DNA of 64,000 nt from Octopus sinensis (GCF_006345805.1 NC_043007.1:50530001-50594000), one strand, 5' to 3'; numbered from the stretch's first letter, positions 39,040-55,240 are shown. The notes: generated by a model not told the origin, from the letters alone. Numbers and translations: made by a program.

Positions 39040-42000
39040 AACCGACAACTAAACCGGCAACCCCACTAAGCTTGCTTGGTGAAGAGGGTGGATTTTCGAC
39101 ACCCTGCGGGAATAAAGACAAAACCCGGCGAAGGGCAGAGGAACTCAGAAGAGTCAATGGCCATTTCGAAAACAGGTACACAGAACTTGTGAGCCTTGGT
39201 TTGCAGTTTGTCTAGGAGAAGGAACATTCTGATTTAAAACTGGGGTAGAGAGCACTCCTTACTCACAGTGATGATAACTTGTCAGTGTCCAGTGGCTCCA
39301 TGCTTGGAATGAAGTCGAATGAACCGGGAATCGGAACTTAGTCCCAGAGCAATGACGATACGGGACCAACTGACGTTCACCTTTCTCCTAGTGAGAATCA
39401 TGATCATGTTCCCCAACACAGAGAAATGCGAAGGGAACAGGCCCAACTCATGGGTAGGAAGAGCTCTGCAGTCTTGGTTGACAATTTTACTAGAGATGGT
39501 GTCTCGATAAAAATACCAGTTGGTGGCTAACCTTAAAACACATACCTCAATGTTGAGTGAAAATGTTTAATACAAATGTATCAAATAATAGTGTTAATGA
39601 GGCTGGAACCAAAAGTGAAAGCCTTTCGCCCGGCAGGTGCCCTATGGTTGAGAAGCGCAGGCCCGGTCGTCATCCAGAGACTGCTTACACACAAAGTCAA
39701 AGGCAGAGAAGAAGGTGGGATAAGGAGGCAAACGGAACGGTAATTGAATGCTGGATCAGGAATGAACCCAGCAGAAAGGGATTCCGACAATGCATGAAAG
39801 CAAAATTGAATGAAATAGGACTCGTCGAAATAACTGAGCAACGGCTAGCCGACCAGGCAAGATAAATAAGATCAAAAAGGTGGTTAACAGACATCGAAAC
39901 TGCAGAGATAAACAGGAAAGTAGAAAATAGAAATAATACTTCGCCAACAGGTAACGAACCCACGAGGACAGGGAAATGAATGGCGGCAGGGAAGACGTAA
40001 AGCAATGGGTAAATGTAAACTCATTCTCAGTAAATGAAGCAGAAGTAATGGGAAGAGGTATATCACAAGTACACGGTGATGATGAACAAGACAGAGAGGA
40101 TGCTGTACCGATATATTAGAGAAGACCAGGATCAAGCACCCACCAATCTGAGGTACATTGATCAATGCTAGCTCAAAGTTGAAGCCAAAAAGATTCGGTC
40201 CTTGGGCTAATCCAGACGAGAAATATAACTGAAACTAACAAGATTATTTGGGCTGCAGCTATGGCTGCTGTAGACAGAGTTGGATACAAAAAAAGAGAAC
40301 AAACAGAACGTAGACGAATTTGTGAGAAACAACGTTAAAAAGACATTTAGGACAAGTTGATAGATGAGTAGAGGGGAAGTACAGAACGAAAGTATAAGAA
40401 TAATGCTGGAAAGAACATATAGAATAAGCGATGAAGGAAGAAATGAAATGAAACAAAGAGCAGTAGTAATCAAAGCAAAATTGGAAAGATATGACAATAG
40501 AATAAAACAATTTAGGCAAAGCAGATGGTTTGAAACAAATCAGAATAAACAGTTTCAGGAACTAGATGGGCAAGGCATTCCGGAGAGGGATCTGGGACCA
40601 ACCTGTTGAACATAATGATGAAGCGTAGTGGCTGCATGAAATACAAGATAGGTTAAGAAACAGAGAAGGCTAAGAACACATCTAAATAACTAGAGAAATG
40701 ATAAAAAAGAAGTTAAAATACCCAAATTGGAGAAGGCCTGGACCAGATGGGGTCCAGGATTATTGGATGAAGAAGCTGAGAGGGCTCCATGAAAGGATAG
40801 CGAAACAGCTAGATGAGTGCTTGAAGGAACGAGCAGCACCTAACTTGAAGTTATTCACAAAATGGGACGCAGAACTGGACAGTCTATACAAGTCTGTGTA
40901 GATTTTCTCCAGTGATATTAAGATGGAGTTTCGACTCTCAATTTGTGTTACGATGATGATGAGACGAGGAAAGCCTGTCAGGACAGAAGGTATATGGTGG
41001 CCAAGTGGTGAAATGATGAAGGCAATTGAACCTCAATCCAGCTATAAATACCTGGGAATGCTTGAAGCAGATGGAATTAAGCACAACGGCATGAAAGAAA
41101 AGACAAAAAGAAAGTACCTTTTATGTTTTTATATCTTTTCTTTGTTTCAGGCAATAGACTGGAGCCATGCTAACCGACCCCAGTATTCATTTTTTAAGCA
41201 TGGAAATTCTTTGTCGATCCTCTATGTTACGTGGACGTAAACAAACCAAGTTGTCAAGCCAAAGGCTCACACATATAGATGGGCTTCTTTCAGTTTCCAT
41301 CTACCATATTCACTCACAATTCTTTGGTCGGCTCGGGTCTATAGTAAAAAATACTCAAGCTCTCGCACAGCAGGATTCGACGCAAGACCACGTGTCAGAA
41401 ACATAATTTTGGCAATGAACTCGCACACAGTCACAGTAGTTCGGTATGGCCTGGAATCCTGAAGTGGACGGAGGAGGAGCTAAAGGAGATGAACAGCAAG
41501 AAATCTTCTAACGATGCATGGAGCCCCTCATCCACGTGCAGACACTGGTCGCCTTTACATGAAGAGAGCAAACGGAGGAAGGGGACTGATAAGTGTGGAA
41601 GACTTGCGTGCGCATCGAACTCGGGAGTTTAATGAGATACCTAGCCCAAAGTAAGGAAACCTTGCTAGTGTCAGGTATGAGGAAGTATTGAAAGCAGAGG
41701 AAAAAGAGAAACAAAGGAAGAAGTACAAAAAGGACACGAAGAAGAATTACACAAGGGACTACACAATCAATTCCATGCAGCCACAACAGAAGATGCTGAA
41801 GAAAGGAACACTAATAAAAGAGACTAAGAGCACTATAATGGCAGCGCAAGCCCAAGCTTTGGCTACGAAATGGAGGGCCAACCTTAGGACTAAGCAAGTG
41901 TCTCCGCTGTGCCGCATCTGTAATAGAGTGGATGAAACTATTGCCCATATCACAAACGAATGCCCTAGACTTGCCCAAAACCATTACAAGTTGTGGCGAC

Positions 42001-42556
42001 ATCATCAGGTAACGAAAGTGCTACTCTGGAAACTGCGAAAAGTAGGGACCAGAGAGAGTCAAGACGTGATATGAGTACAAACTACAGATCAGTACAATCC
42101 AAACAGATCAAGTGCTAGAGCATAACAGAGCGGACCTAGTAGTGGTGGACAAGATGCACCACCTATGCTATATAGTTGACGTTGTATGCCCCTTTGACCC
42201 ACGAATAGTCAAGAGGGAAGGCGAAAATATAGACAAATACAACCTTCTTATGTACGAAATAGCCCGGTTATGGAAAATGAAGTGGGTGAAGATAGTGCCA
42301 ATTATTGTTCGGTACTTGGGGACAGCATCAGAAGGCATCAAGAGAAATATAAAAGTAATTGGAATGGAGTGCCCAATAGAACTGTTACAAAAGGTTTCCC
42401 TCCTTGGTACGGCCAGAATAACCAGGAAAGTATGAGATAGCTGAAAAGAACGGATATCATGGTACCGTAGGCAGCAGGTAGAAAGCCCTCTATGCATGCA
42501 AGACTCCAGGAGTTCCAACAAGGCCTGAGATTTTAAAAAATTATTATAATAATAAT
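39040..42556 (+). mobile_element. Near-full-span R4/Dong-like LINE with the RT core deleted and a SINE insertion
   Basis: RRRWDKEANGTVIECW..RLADQAR, AKLERYDNRIKQFRQSRWFETNQ, RPGPDGVQDYWMKKL..LDECL joined at about 40840 to NLKLF..MEF, CRICNRVDETIAHITNEC, NRADLV..DVVCPFD. Ends in AAT repeats. The 5' boundary is uncertain. Confidence 0.88.
41118..41394 (-). mobile_element. SINE family B segment inserted in the Dong element, near-copy of 35022-35298
   Basis: 277 bp, about 13 mismatches against 35022-35298 by manual alignment, no indels. Confidence 0.85.
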
Positions 42557-45051
<2,495 letters not shown>

Positions 45052-45073
45052 TAATAATAATAATAATAATAAT

Positions 45074-45286
45074 CCTTTCTAATATAGGCATAACGCCTGG
45101 ATTTTGTGGGGAGAGGGACATCGATCACATCGACTACAGTACTCAGCTGGTACTTAATTTATTGACCTTGAAAGGATAAAAGGAAAAGTCGACCTCGGTG
45201 CAATTTGAACTCAGAATGTAGTGGCATCCGAACTTCCGTTGTGTATTTTGTCCAGCGTGCTAACGATTCTGCCAGCTCGCCGACTT
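45074..45286 (-). mobile_element. SINE family A
   Basis: Tail abuts the (AAT)n after the Dong element, and the head is followed by aataataata. Confidence 0.85.
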
Positions 45287-45359
45287 AATAATAATAAGAA
45301 GAATGAAAGCAAATCAAAAGTATAGATATGAAGGAGGAACGCAGGAAAAATATTTTCAC

Positions 45360-46520
45360 AAAATGAAGAAAAATACCAAAATTCAAATAAAATGCGTGAA
45401 ATATAAAAGCAATCATCCCGAGAAGAGTACTCTAATAAAGTACGGAGCCGGAATTACTGAATACAGAATGAATGGGGAGAATGACATCAACAAAAATAAA
45501 ATTTAAATAAATAAATACAAAACTAGGAAGCTGCTCACGATAATAGAAACATTCATCTGAAATCAAATGGGGATCGATTATACTGGAAATGAGGAGAAGG
45601 AGGAAAAGGGTTAATGAATGTTGAAAGGATAGCATATACAGAGAAGACAATTTGCAGAATGCGCAGAAGCCGTAAAGAGAAAGTGAAAAATATGGGAAAG
45701 ATGAAATCTATCTTTGAAGAAAAGACAATTTACTCAGTGATTTTCCCAAAATACAAGATAAAGGATAATAAGGGCATGTGGTTATGGTTAAAGAAAGGAA
45801 GGCTGAAGGAGTCAGAAAATAATATTTTAGTGGCATGGGAACGGGATTTAATGGTAAAAATTAGATCAGGAGTACAATAGATCGGCAGGGCTTTTCACTC
45901 AAATGAAGAATGTGGAATGATTCTTATGAGACTATAGTTCACATGGTATCGGAATATCCACAGCTAAGAATGGTTACAAACAGTGTAAACATGATAAAAT
46001 TATTGTAATATTGGTTTTGGATGCGCAGAAAGGTATAACCATGTTGAGAGGGTAGAAATGCAAGATCTCGAAAATGAAGTGAGCTATTGTTGTGGGTGCC
46101 ACTTTTGTTGATCTTCTTGTTGCTACTGTTGTTTGTGTTGGTGCTGCAGCTATTCTTCATGTTCCCTTCACAACTGCACCAGCAGCAGCTGCTGCTGTTT
46201 CTGTTATTAGTTTTTTGATATCGATAGTAGTGAGAACCTTCTCTCCCCTGCTTTTTGTTGAGAGCAAAAAGCACTGAAGAGGTCTTTTATATCACACAAA
46301 TAATATCTTGTTCTACTCTTTTCCAGTATAGCCGATCCCCATCTAATTTCAAGTGAATGTTTCCTAGTTTTGTATTTATTTATTTAACTTTTGTCTTTGT
46401 TGATGTCATTCTGTATTCAGTTATTCCTGCCTCATATTTTAATAGAGTTACTCTTCTCAGGATGATTGCTTTTGTGATGTTTCTCGCATTTCATTTGGAT
46501 TTTGGTATTTTCTTTATATT
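45360..46520. mobile_element. Two old Dong-like relics in inverted orientation (about 45360-46030 plus, 46310-46520 minus)
   Basis: HLK..GDRLYWK and MWLWLKKGRLKESE motifs. 45365-45595 aligns by eye with the reverse complement of 46312-46520. Confidence 0.65.
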
Positions 46521-46644
46521 GTCAACACGCATTGGACTGATGTAGAAGGTGTAGGATTTTTCCTGAGGTTCAGTGCTATGGTCATAACCTAAAACTACCT
46601 ATCTGATGAAGAGTAACGTCAACTTTTTATACCGCAATATCTGA

Positions 46645-46862
46645 TCGGGGAGAATCGTTAGCATGCCGGACAAAATGCTTAACTGCATTTCTTCTGTCTT
46701 TAACATTCTGCGTTCAAATGTCACCGAAGCCAACTTTGTCTTTTATTCTTTTAGGGCCGATGAAATAAGTACCATTTGAGCACTGACTGTGGCCGTTATA
46801 ATTGACTAGCTCCTCCCACAAAAATTCAGGTTTTGTATGTATAGTAGAAAGAATTATTATTA
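46645..46862 (+). mobile_element. SINE family A
   Basis: gaatcgttagcatgccggacaaaatgctt..tatagtagaaagaattattatt. Confidence 0.8.
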
Positions 46863-48839
46863 CAGGCAAAAATCTAGATATTTTATGCATGGTCGACGTT
46901 CTCCACAAATACATGACTGCTGTTTTACTTTGTTTACCCAGACAAAAATGAAACGCAATATCAAATTGGATAGGATTCGAACTCACAATCTAAATAAACG
47001 CAACTTAATACGGCATGACAAAGTGCCTACTGCTTTACTGATACTACCATCTCTTTTGTATGGCAGGCTATTGCATGTGTATTGCATTTTAGCATGGTTC
47101 GTACCCGCCCCCTATGCCCCATTATTTTTGTTCACATGTTTTCTTGCATGAATTGCTTACATCCTGCTGCCTGTTGGGCTATGCAGTGGTGCAAACGCTT
47201 AGATGTTATGTTCTTCAAGCAATGATGTTTCACTGATTTAGAGGAACACATTTTCACATTGAAAACAAGCAGTCTACGCTTGTTTTCAACGAAGCGGTTG
47301 TAACAGGTCTAGTTGGCATGGCGCCATCCTGTGAATATACACAATACACACAGGCACAAACACAACATACACACACACACACACACATATGTATGCATAT
47401 ACATGCATATCTGTATACATGCAAATATATATCTACATATAGACACGCACAAACATACATACATACACACACACACACACGTAATATATGCATATGCGAA
47501 CCATTATGATCAAATGTATAGACATACACACGCACGTATATATTGCACATACATATACATACACAAATATTCATATATGTATATATATATTATATTATAT
47601 ATATATATATGTATGCACACACACACACATATATATTTGTATACACGCATACACATATATATATATATATACATGCATATATACACAGATATATACATAC
47701 ATATACATATACATATATACATATATACATATATACATATATACATATATATATATATATACACGTACATAAGAAAGGGTATGAAAAAAGAATGAATGAT
47801 TATCTTATGAACTTCATTAGCTTACAACTGTTTCTGCTATAAGATGCAGTGGACACGTAGTTCAGTAAATATGGAATGCGCTTCATATTTAAGACTCCGA
47901 TAATGCTATAAGGTGTTATTCGAACACTCACCTATGAGTCTTTGCATCTTATAGCAGAAACAGCTGACAGGTAATGAAGTTCATAAGATATACATATATA
48001 AGAATATGCATAAACACACCCATATGTATATATATATTTTTTGCAGATATATATAGACATGCACCTGCATACACGCATACGCATGAAGCTGGCATTGTGG
48101 GACAGTTCGTTCACCCACTGTCAACAGTAGAACTCCGTATATGCTTGTGTACGTGTTCGAGTTCATGCTTGTGTTTGTATGCTACCACGTGCGGATATAT
48201 TAGTCTATGCGAATGTCACCTTATGTGAGTTTGTGTGTGTTTGTGTATGTTCATGAGCATGTGTTGTAATGACTTTTCTTTGAGTCTAAGATTTGTATAG
48301 ATGTGTGTCTGTGTGAGAGAGAGAGAGAGTGAGAGAAAGAGAAAGTGAGAAGAAGAAAGAAATAGAGATATACAAAGAGAGGAGAGTAGAGAGAAGGAGA
48401 GAGAGGGAGGTTCTGCACGCTCTTTTAATTTTCTTTGACTTAGAAATGGCGGCAGTTATTTTGAAATATGTTGGTAAAATAATGAACAAACTTCCTTTCA
48501 AAATATTTGAAACACAAGTGCTTTAGCATAAGAGTACATAGATCCGGTATTTGTCTAGAAAATGCGTAGTTTGATCAAATGACCGGGGAAAATATACGAA
48601 CAGCATTTGAGTTTTATTGCTAAATAAATTTAGCTTTTCTAAGAGGTGGACTCGGTAACATAAATACAACGAAATATTTATTTGCCTTTTCATATGGGCT
48701 GCTACGGAAAATTATCATGACGGTACACTCTAAATATTATTACGACATTCTTCGTAGAAATGTTCAGATTGATTGAAAAAAAACTATTAAGTGGGAACCA
48801 AACAGCAAAGAATACTATGGAAATTAGTGAACTGTAGCG

Positions 48840-49560
48840 AACAGTCGATATGTGTCTGTATCGGAGCATGTCCTTCCGCACAAATTGTTCCAGATAGTAG
48901 CACGTGAAAGATATGTGGCTATGATTGAAATTTCCATCCTATAAAATTATGTCTGCATAAGAAAAGAAATTGATACGTTTTCAAATTAAAAACATTCTCG
49001 TAAATTGTTCAGATGATATAGACTTTTCGATGAGTGACGAAAGACATCTTGAAATGTTTGGTTGCATAAATAACCAACATTCCTGCTATTGATTGAACAT
49101 TAGCCCACGACAACTTCTTGATCATGTAAGAACGTGGTGTTGTGTGATAAACTATGGTGTAATAAAACCATATTTCCTTGAAATGAGCGAATATACAGTA
49201 AGAATGGATTCTGAGAATTAAGTGTTTTTATTATGCAGTTTTCTTTTTCCAGAATTCAACTGACGGGAAATTAATTTACGAAAGGTGTGATTTCTACATA
49301 AGGGATACACAGCCGATACGACAAGACCTGCTAAGGACATTAATAAAGGGTTGTTTACTACCCATATCAATTTCCAGGAGTGCTGCGCTATACTCTGCCC
49401 TATTACCTGACCGTGACCTTTCAGTTTGTTAATATTCCGTTTGGAAATACTGAAAGAGAAGGTGTTTTTCAATAAACCATTACATCAGATGAACTGAAGG
49501 CTGTTATTCATTAGAAATAGCTCAAGACATGATGTGACATTCGATGTAGAATTTCTAGGT
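48840..49560 (+). mobile_element. Highly degenerate Tc1/mariner-superfamily transposase relic (rosa/DD41D-like motif style)
   Basis: FHPYKIM, MSDERH..INNQ, TWCC..GVIKPYF and LKEKVFFNKP..ELKA resemble SDEAHF..NKQN / VWC..GIIGPYFF / LK.KVY..KP motifs. Catalytic spacing cannot be counted reliably. Confidence 0.5.
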
Positions 49561-50319
49561 GAAGCTTCAAGTGTGTGTCGAATCAATGAGAATATTATAG
49601 GAACAATTACTTATGTGCTGCCTATATATGCTAATGAATGACAATTTATGAGCATTTAAATAGCAAAAGTAGATAATGCCCAATGTTTACTTTGTTTTTG
49701 AATAAGAAGACAACTGTATACCATGCCAGGGCTAAGCATGTGAAAGCATACACAACGTGTATAGATTAAAATAAATAAAAACATGTTTATATATTTACCT
49801 AGACTTGCATCCATATTTCTAACGTAAATGTGTAGACAAATTATATATACAATCCTAGCTGTCATCAACAGGCATACAGAATGCAAGAAAGATTCACTGC
49901 TTTCTTATATTCTTATGTCACAGATTTGAACCAGAATGTACAGAGTCTGGACCAAACGTCGTAAAATCCCAATTTCCTTAAATCATGGCGTTAACATATC
50001 CTCAACTATCGGAATAAAAATTAAAATATGAAATTCAGAAATTATTTATAATAGTAATGGGAATAAAAGTAATAAACCAGAAAAGGAATAAAACAGAAAT
50101 TATTCATAAGAGTAATAGAAATAAAAGCTTCAAAATTGCACCATGAAAATATATAGAATATGTATATATTTTCATATATATATACTTTTTTTTATTTCTT
50201 CAAGTGAAATTTCCTTCAAATTATTTTATATAACCACCCACAAATTTCTTTTGAAATCATACACATTGAACTACTCCGATTGTAATGCAATATATGTGTA
50301 CGCATGTATGTGTGTGTGT

Positions 50320-50380
<61 letters not shown>

Positions 50381-50396
50381 ATGTATGTATGTATGC

Positions 50397-50429
<33 letters not shown>

Positions 50430-51139
50430 TGTATGTATGTATGTATGTATGTATGTATCTGTATAGAAAGTTGTTCTTTCTTAGGGATATAATTATCCAA
50501 GTATACACCAGTTTTGCACTATTATCGATTAACGATACTGGAAATTTTTCCTGTGTATATGTACTTGTGTTTATCGTTGGTTCTCCCATATTGATGCTTT
50601 ACATCTTTGAAATTCCACTTGCTGCTATGGAGATTTCCATCATTTTCGATATTGGAGAAATAATCAAAAGTTTAAAGATTCAAAAGAAACAGAAAATACA
50701 TACATAGAATAATCAATTTTGAATTATAGTAAAATTTATTAATAAGGCGCTTAATTAATAATTCAGTAAAATTAATTTGACCGACTATAATTAAAAATAG
50801 AAATTCTATGTATGTATTCTCGTTTCCTTTGAATTTTTAAACTTTTAACTGTGTGTGTGTGTGTGTGTACATGCATCCGTACATATATAACATTACAATA
50901 TATATATATAAATGCAATGACAAATAAAGCATGAATTGAGCAAATCATATTTCAATTTACGTAAGTATTTACAGAGTATCCTTCATGACACTTACTCAGC
51001 GTGTGTTATGAAGGAGACTGAATAGCACATGGAAACTTATCAATTGTAGCATAAATTATTACATAGGGTCGTAGGATATTTATGGATTTTCAGATATTTG
51101 TCTGGTAAAAAGATTTCCTGTTAAAAGCATATATAAATG

Positions 51140-51560
51140 TTCTGTCTTGTCTGGACTTTTAATGGTACATTCACATCCTCTACAACAGAGCATAAATTTT
51201 GTTCCCTATTCCACAGAGCAATATCAGGTCTGTTACGTTTGCACCGAATTGCTGCTTTTGTTGGAGTGTTCAACTAGTATTCTATCTTTTTAAAGGTGAG
51301 AATATATGCTAGTTCTTACCTTTGATGTATAGGTCAGGGCAATCCTTCCTGCAGATACTCTTTACAATTATGTCTTGCTTTAGGGGTAGGTTGTATCTCG
51401 TGGGACATTTGGGGGCAGCTGCTGATTATATTTGTGATATCTTCCACACTGATATAGCACGACATTTCCTATCACAGCGTAGAGGTTTCGTGGTATCTTT
51501 GTCTCGCTTGTTTTGGTATTTAGTAGCTATCTCTTTTTCCTGGATAGCAAAGATGTATAC
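51140..51560 (-). mobile_element. R4-clade LINE C-terminal relic (second lineage)
   Basis: SHLEGSI/FAIQEKEIATKY..CDRKCR..IISSCPQMS..NRPDIALWNRE on the minus strand. Confidence 0.7.
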
Positions 51561-52119
51561 TTCCTTCTAAGTGTGATGTAATGGTTCTATCACAGGTACA
51601 GAAGATGCTACACCTATTATCCTCTAGCTTACGGGATATGCACCCATGCATTGTTTTTTTTCTTTTTCTTTTTTTTTTTTGCTGGTATGATGGCTAATTC
51701 TCCAATCTTCTATTTAGGTTAGCCAGGCAAACTTCCTTTAGGTAATTTGAGACAATTTATTCTCATAATACCGGTTCAGTAATTCTTCTTCAGCTCTCAA
51801 GAAGTTACTGCTCTCACTTTTGAAATATGCATAAATTGCACTCATTTCTTTCTTTACCGTTGAGCAAGTGTTGACTGAGTGATGCAATGCCACATTAAAA
51901 AATTGTTTGGACTGACTTTATGCATGAGAAATGTATGTACATTTAATTTTGAATTTCATAAAAAAATTCGTTATTTCTGTGTTGTTTCTTTTTGCGCATG
52001 TATGTATGTATGCTTGGATGTGGAGTGTGTGTGTGTGTTTGTGTGTGGTTGTTACGTCTTCAAGGTCCAACATTGCTTCCTGATATCAATATTATTATTA
52101 GTATTATCATCATTATCAT

Positions 52120-52345
52120 CATTTTTATTCGGCGAGTCCGCAGAATCATTGGAACTCCGGACAATATGCTTAGTGGCATTTCATCCGTCTTTACGCTCTA
52201 AGTTCAAATTCCGCCGAGGTGGACTTTGCCTTTCATCCTTTTGGAATCGATAAAATAAGTATCAGTTGAACACTGGGGTCATTGTAATCGACTAGCCCCT
52301 ACCCTCAAAAAACGCTGGCATTGTACCAAAATTTGAAACCATTAT
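52120..52345 (+). mobile_element. SINE family A
   Basis: aagttcaaattccgccgaggtggactttgcc..ccaaaatttgaaaccattatcattatt; ATT/ATC repeats upstream. Confidence 0.85.
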
Positions 52346-52880
52346 CATTATTTAAATATACTGTGAAAATACATTTACTCAAACTTAAATTAGGGAATGA
52401 GTAGCATACATGATCTGTTGGGTCCTCATATAGAGATACCTGCTGCGTTCTCGTGTATAGATACATACACGCATATACACATAGCAATAACAGCAACTGT
52501 AGCAACCGAGAAGATAAATGTAATGTTATTGATTATATATCTGAAGTCTCAATAATAATTAATTAACGAAAGGAAATCTTTTAGGAAAGAAAGTTACAGC
52601 GCCCACAGATTAATAAGTGACATCATTTCTACACAATAAATTAAGCGTTTTATTTAAGACAGCTAGGAGTGATTTGAGGTTAGATTCTGCTGGTATTCGT
52701 TATAAGCTTTTTTTTTCCTTGAAGCGTGAAAATCACCATTTCCGTGTTTTATTGTTTTATTTTGTTTGTTTTTGTTTTGTTTTGTTTTTGTTTTTAACAA
52801 CACAGCACAAATGGTTTTGACAGCTTTGGACCCCTATTTTTCTACTTGGCACTCTATCGTCCTATTTCAAAAATGATAAC

Positions 52881-53201
52881 TGGCACTCCGTCGGTTACGA
52901 CGACGAGGGTTCCAGTTGATCTGATCAACGGAACAGCCCACTCGTGAAATTGATGTGTAAGTAGCTAAGCACTCCACAGACATGTGTACCTTTAACGTAG
53001 TTCTCAAGGAGATTCAGTGTAACACAGAGTGTAACAAAGCTGGTCTTTTGAAATACCGGTACTACTCATTTTTGCCAGCTGAGTGAACTGGAACAACGCG
53101 AAATAAAGTATCTTGCTCAAGGACACAAGTCACCAGGAATTGAACTCACGACCGTCAGGCCGTGAGCCGAATACCCTAACCACTAAGCCATGCGCCTTCA
53201 C
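52881..53201 (-). mobile_element. tRNA-derived SINE family D
   Basis: Minus strand gtgaaggcgcatggcttagtggttagggtattcggc..gagttcaattcc (A and B boxes), ccttgagcaagatact.., ttcactcagctggcaaaaatgagta, ending gtaaccgacggagtgcca. Confidence 0.8.
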
Positions 53202-53888
53202 TCAAAAACGATAAACAAAAGTTATAAAAGAAGAACAAAGAAATTTACAATAAAGCATACACTGCGAAAGCTTGCCATCTCAGTCCGAGTAGGTGATGCT
53301 GCGAGCTGATTTTGGTGTATGTACATCATTTGTCTTCAGCGAAAAATGTTCTCCTTGACAAACCACACTGAATGGCCTTCTTAGGGGTTCGAATATGCCC
53401 CAAGCATATCTGAATTGGTCATAACCTATTTATACAATAAAAATATTTTTCATGTTAATTCATTATATCATTAGAAAGAAACGAACGAATTTATCTGAGA
53501 ATCATATACATATCACGCTAATCTTATTTACTCTGTTTCTGTATTTCCTTCTTATTCCTTGTATATTTTTCCTTCCTAACTTCCACCTCTTCATTCCTTT
53601 CAGTAAAATTTTCTTACTCTACTCGCTACTTTCTATCCTTCTATATTCTTCTCTTTCTATTTTCCTTCCTTAATTGCTTTACATTTTTATCCTCTCACCG
53701 CCACCCAATCTCTTTCTTTCTTTCTCTCTCTCTCTCTCACTCTTTCTCTTTGTCTTTCTCTCTCCTCTTGCTACTATTTTCTTCATATAATTTCTCTTAT
53801 TATTATTTCTTTGGTGGCTTTGTTCTGATCTTCCTTCGTTTTTGCTTTTCCATTTGTACTCCACATTTTCCCTATCTCTGTCTTTGTC

Positions 53889-53959
<71 letters not shown>

Positions 53960-54587
53960 CTTCCACCCGCTCGCCTTTTCTCTCTCTCTTTCACCATCAG
54001 TTGTCGCAGTACTATACATTTTAGAATGACCAGCTGCGCTAAAACCAAAATGCCAACATTTCTACATTTCCCTAAACCATTTAACATTTTAAGCAAAGAT
54101 TTGTCATTACAATTCTTTTGACTTTCTTTTTGTTTCTTTTATCTATTAATTTTTTTTCGCTTTTCCTTTTTTATTTCCATTGATTTGTTTTATTTTCAAC
54201 TTCCGTCTACCATTGTTTTGCACCGTGTTACAACCATGGTTTGTTACAGCTATTCAATGTTAAAGAGCTATCATGTTGCATACACATATCGTGCTACAGT
54301 CACAGTATGTTATACCACGTTACAATCATACCGTGTTACTGACAGACCTTGTTACAGTCACATCAACTTACATACGTACCATGCTACATTAACAGCACAT
54401 GATATGCAAATTTCCTGTTACAGTCAAATCCACTTTTTATTTTGCAACAAACTTAGAACTCTTAACTTTATCGTAAGTTTTCTTTACGCTCTATTGTGCT
54501 ATTGAGTTCTCTTATATATGTGTGAGTAACCATATAATACCCACATACATACACATATGTATGTATGTTTATGTAAGTTCATATATT

Positions 54588-54783
54588 CTTTTATTTGCTT
54601 CAGTCATTTGACTGCATTCATGCTGGAGCACCGCCCTTAGTCGAACAAATCGACCCCAGGACTTGTACTTTGTAATCCTAGTACTTATTCTAGCGGTCGT
54701 TTTGCCGGACCGCTAAGTTACGGGGACGTAAACACACCAGCATCGGTTTTCAAGCGATGGTGGGAGGAACAAACACAGACACA

Positions 54784-54822
<39 letters not shown>

Positions 54823-55007
54823 ACACATACACACACACATGCATACGACGGGCTTCTTTAGGTTTCCGTCTACCAAGTCCACTCACAAGGCTTTCGTCGG
54901 CCCGGGGCTAAAGTAGAAGACACTTGCCCAGGTAGCCACGCTGTGGGACGAAACCCGGAACCATGTAGTTGGTAAGCAAGCTACTTACCACACAGCCACT
55001 CCTACGT
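54588..55007 (-). mobile_element. SINE family B, full length
   Basis: Reverse complement of 9859-10240 with an internal (CA)n tract. Confidence 0.9.
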
Positions 55008-55017
55008 CTATATATAT

Positions 55018-55050
<33 letters not shown>

Positions 55051-55176
55051 GTACGTAAGTATAAGCATGCATGTACGCATATGTGTATACATCTGGGTGT
55101 GTATATGGACACACACACACACGCATATCTACATACACACACATATGCATACATGAATGTATGTATGAATATATAC

Positions 55177-55240
<64 letters not shown>

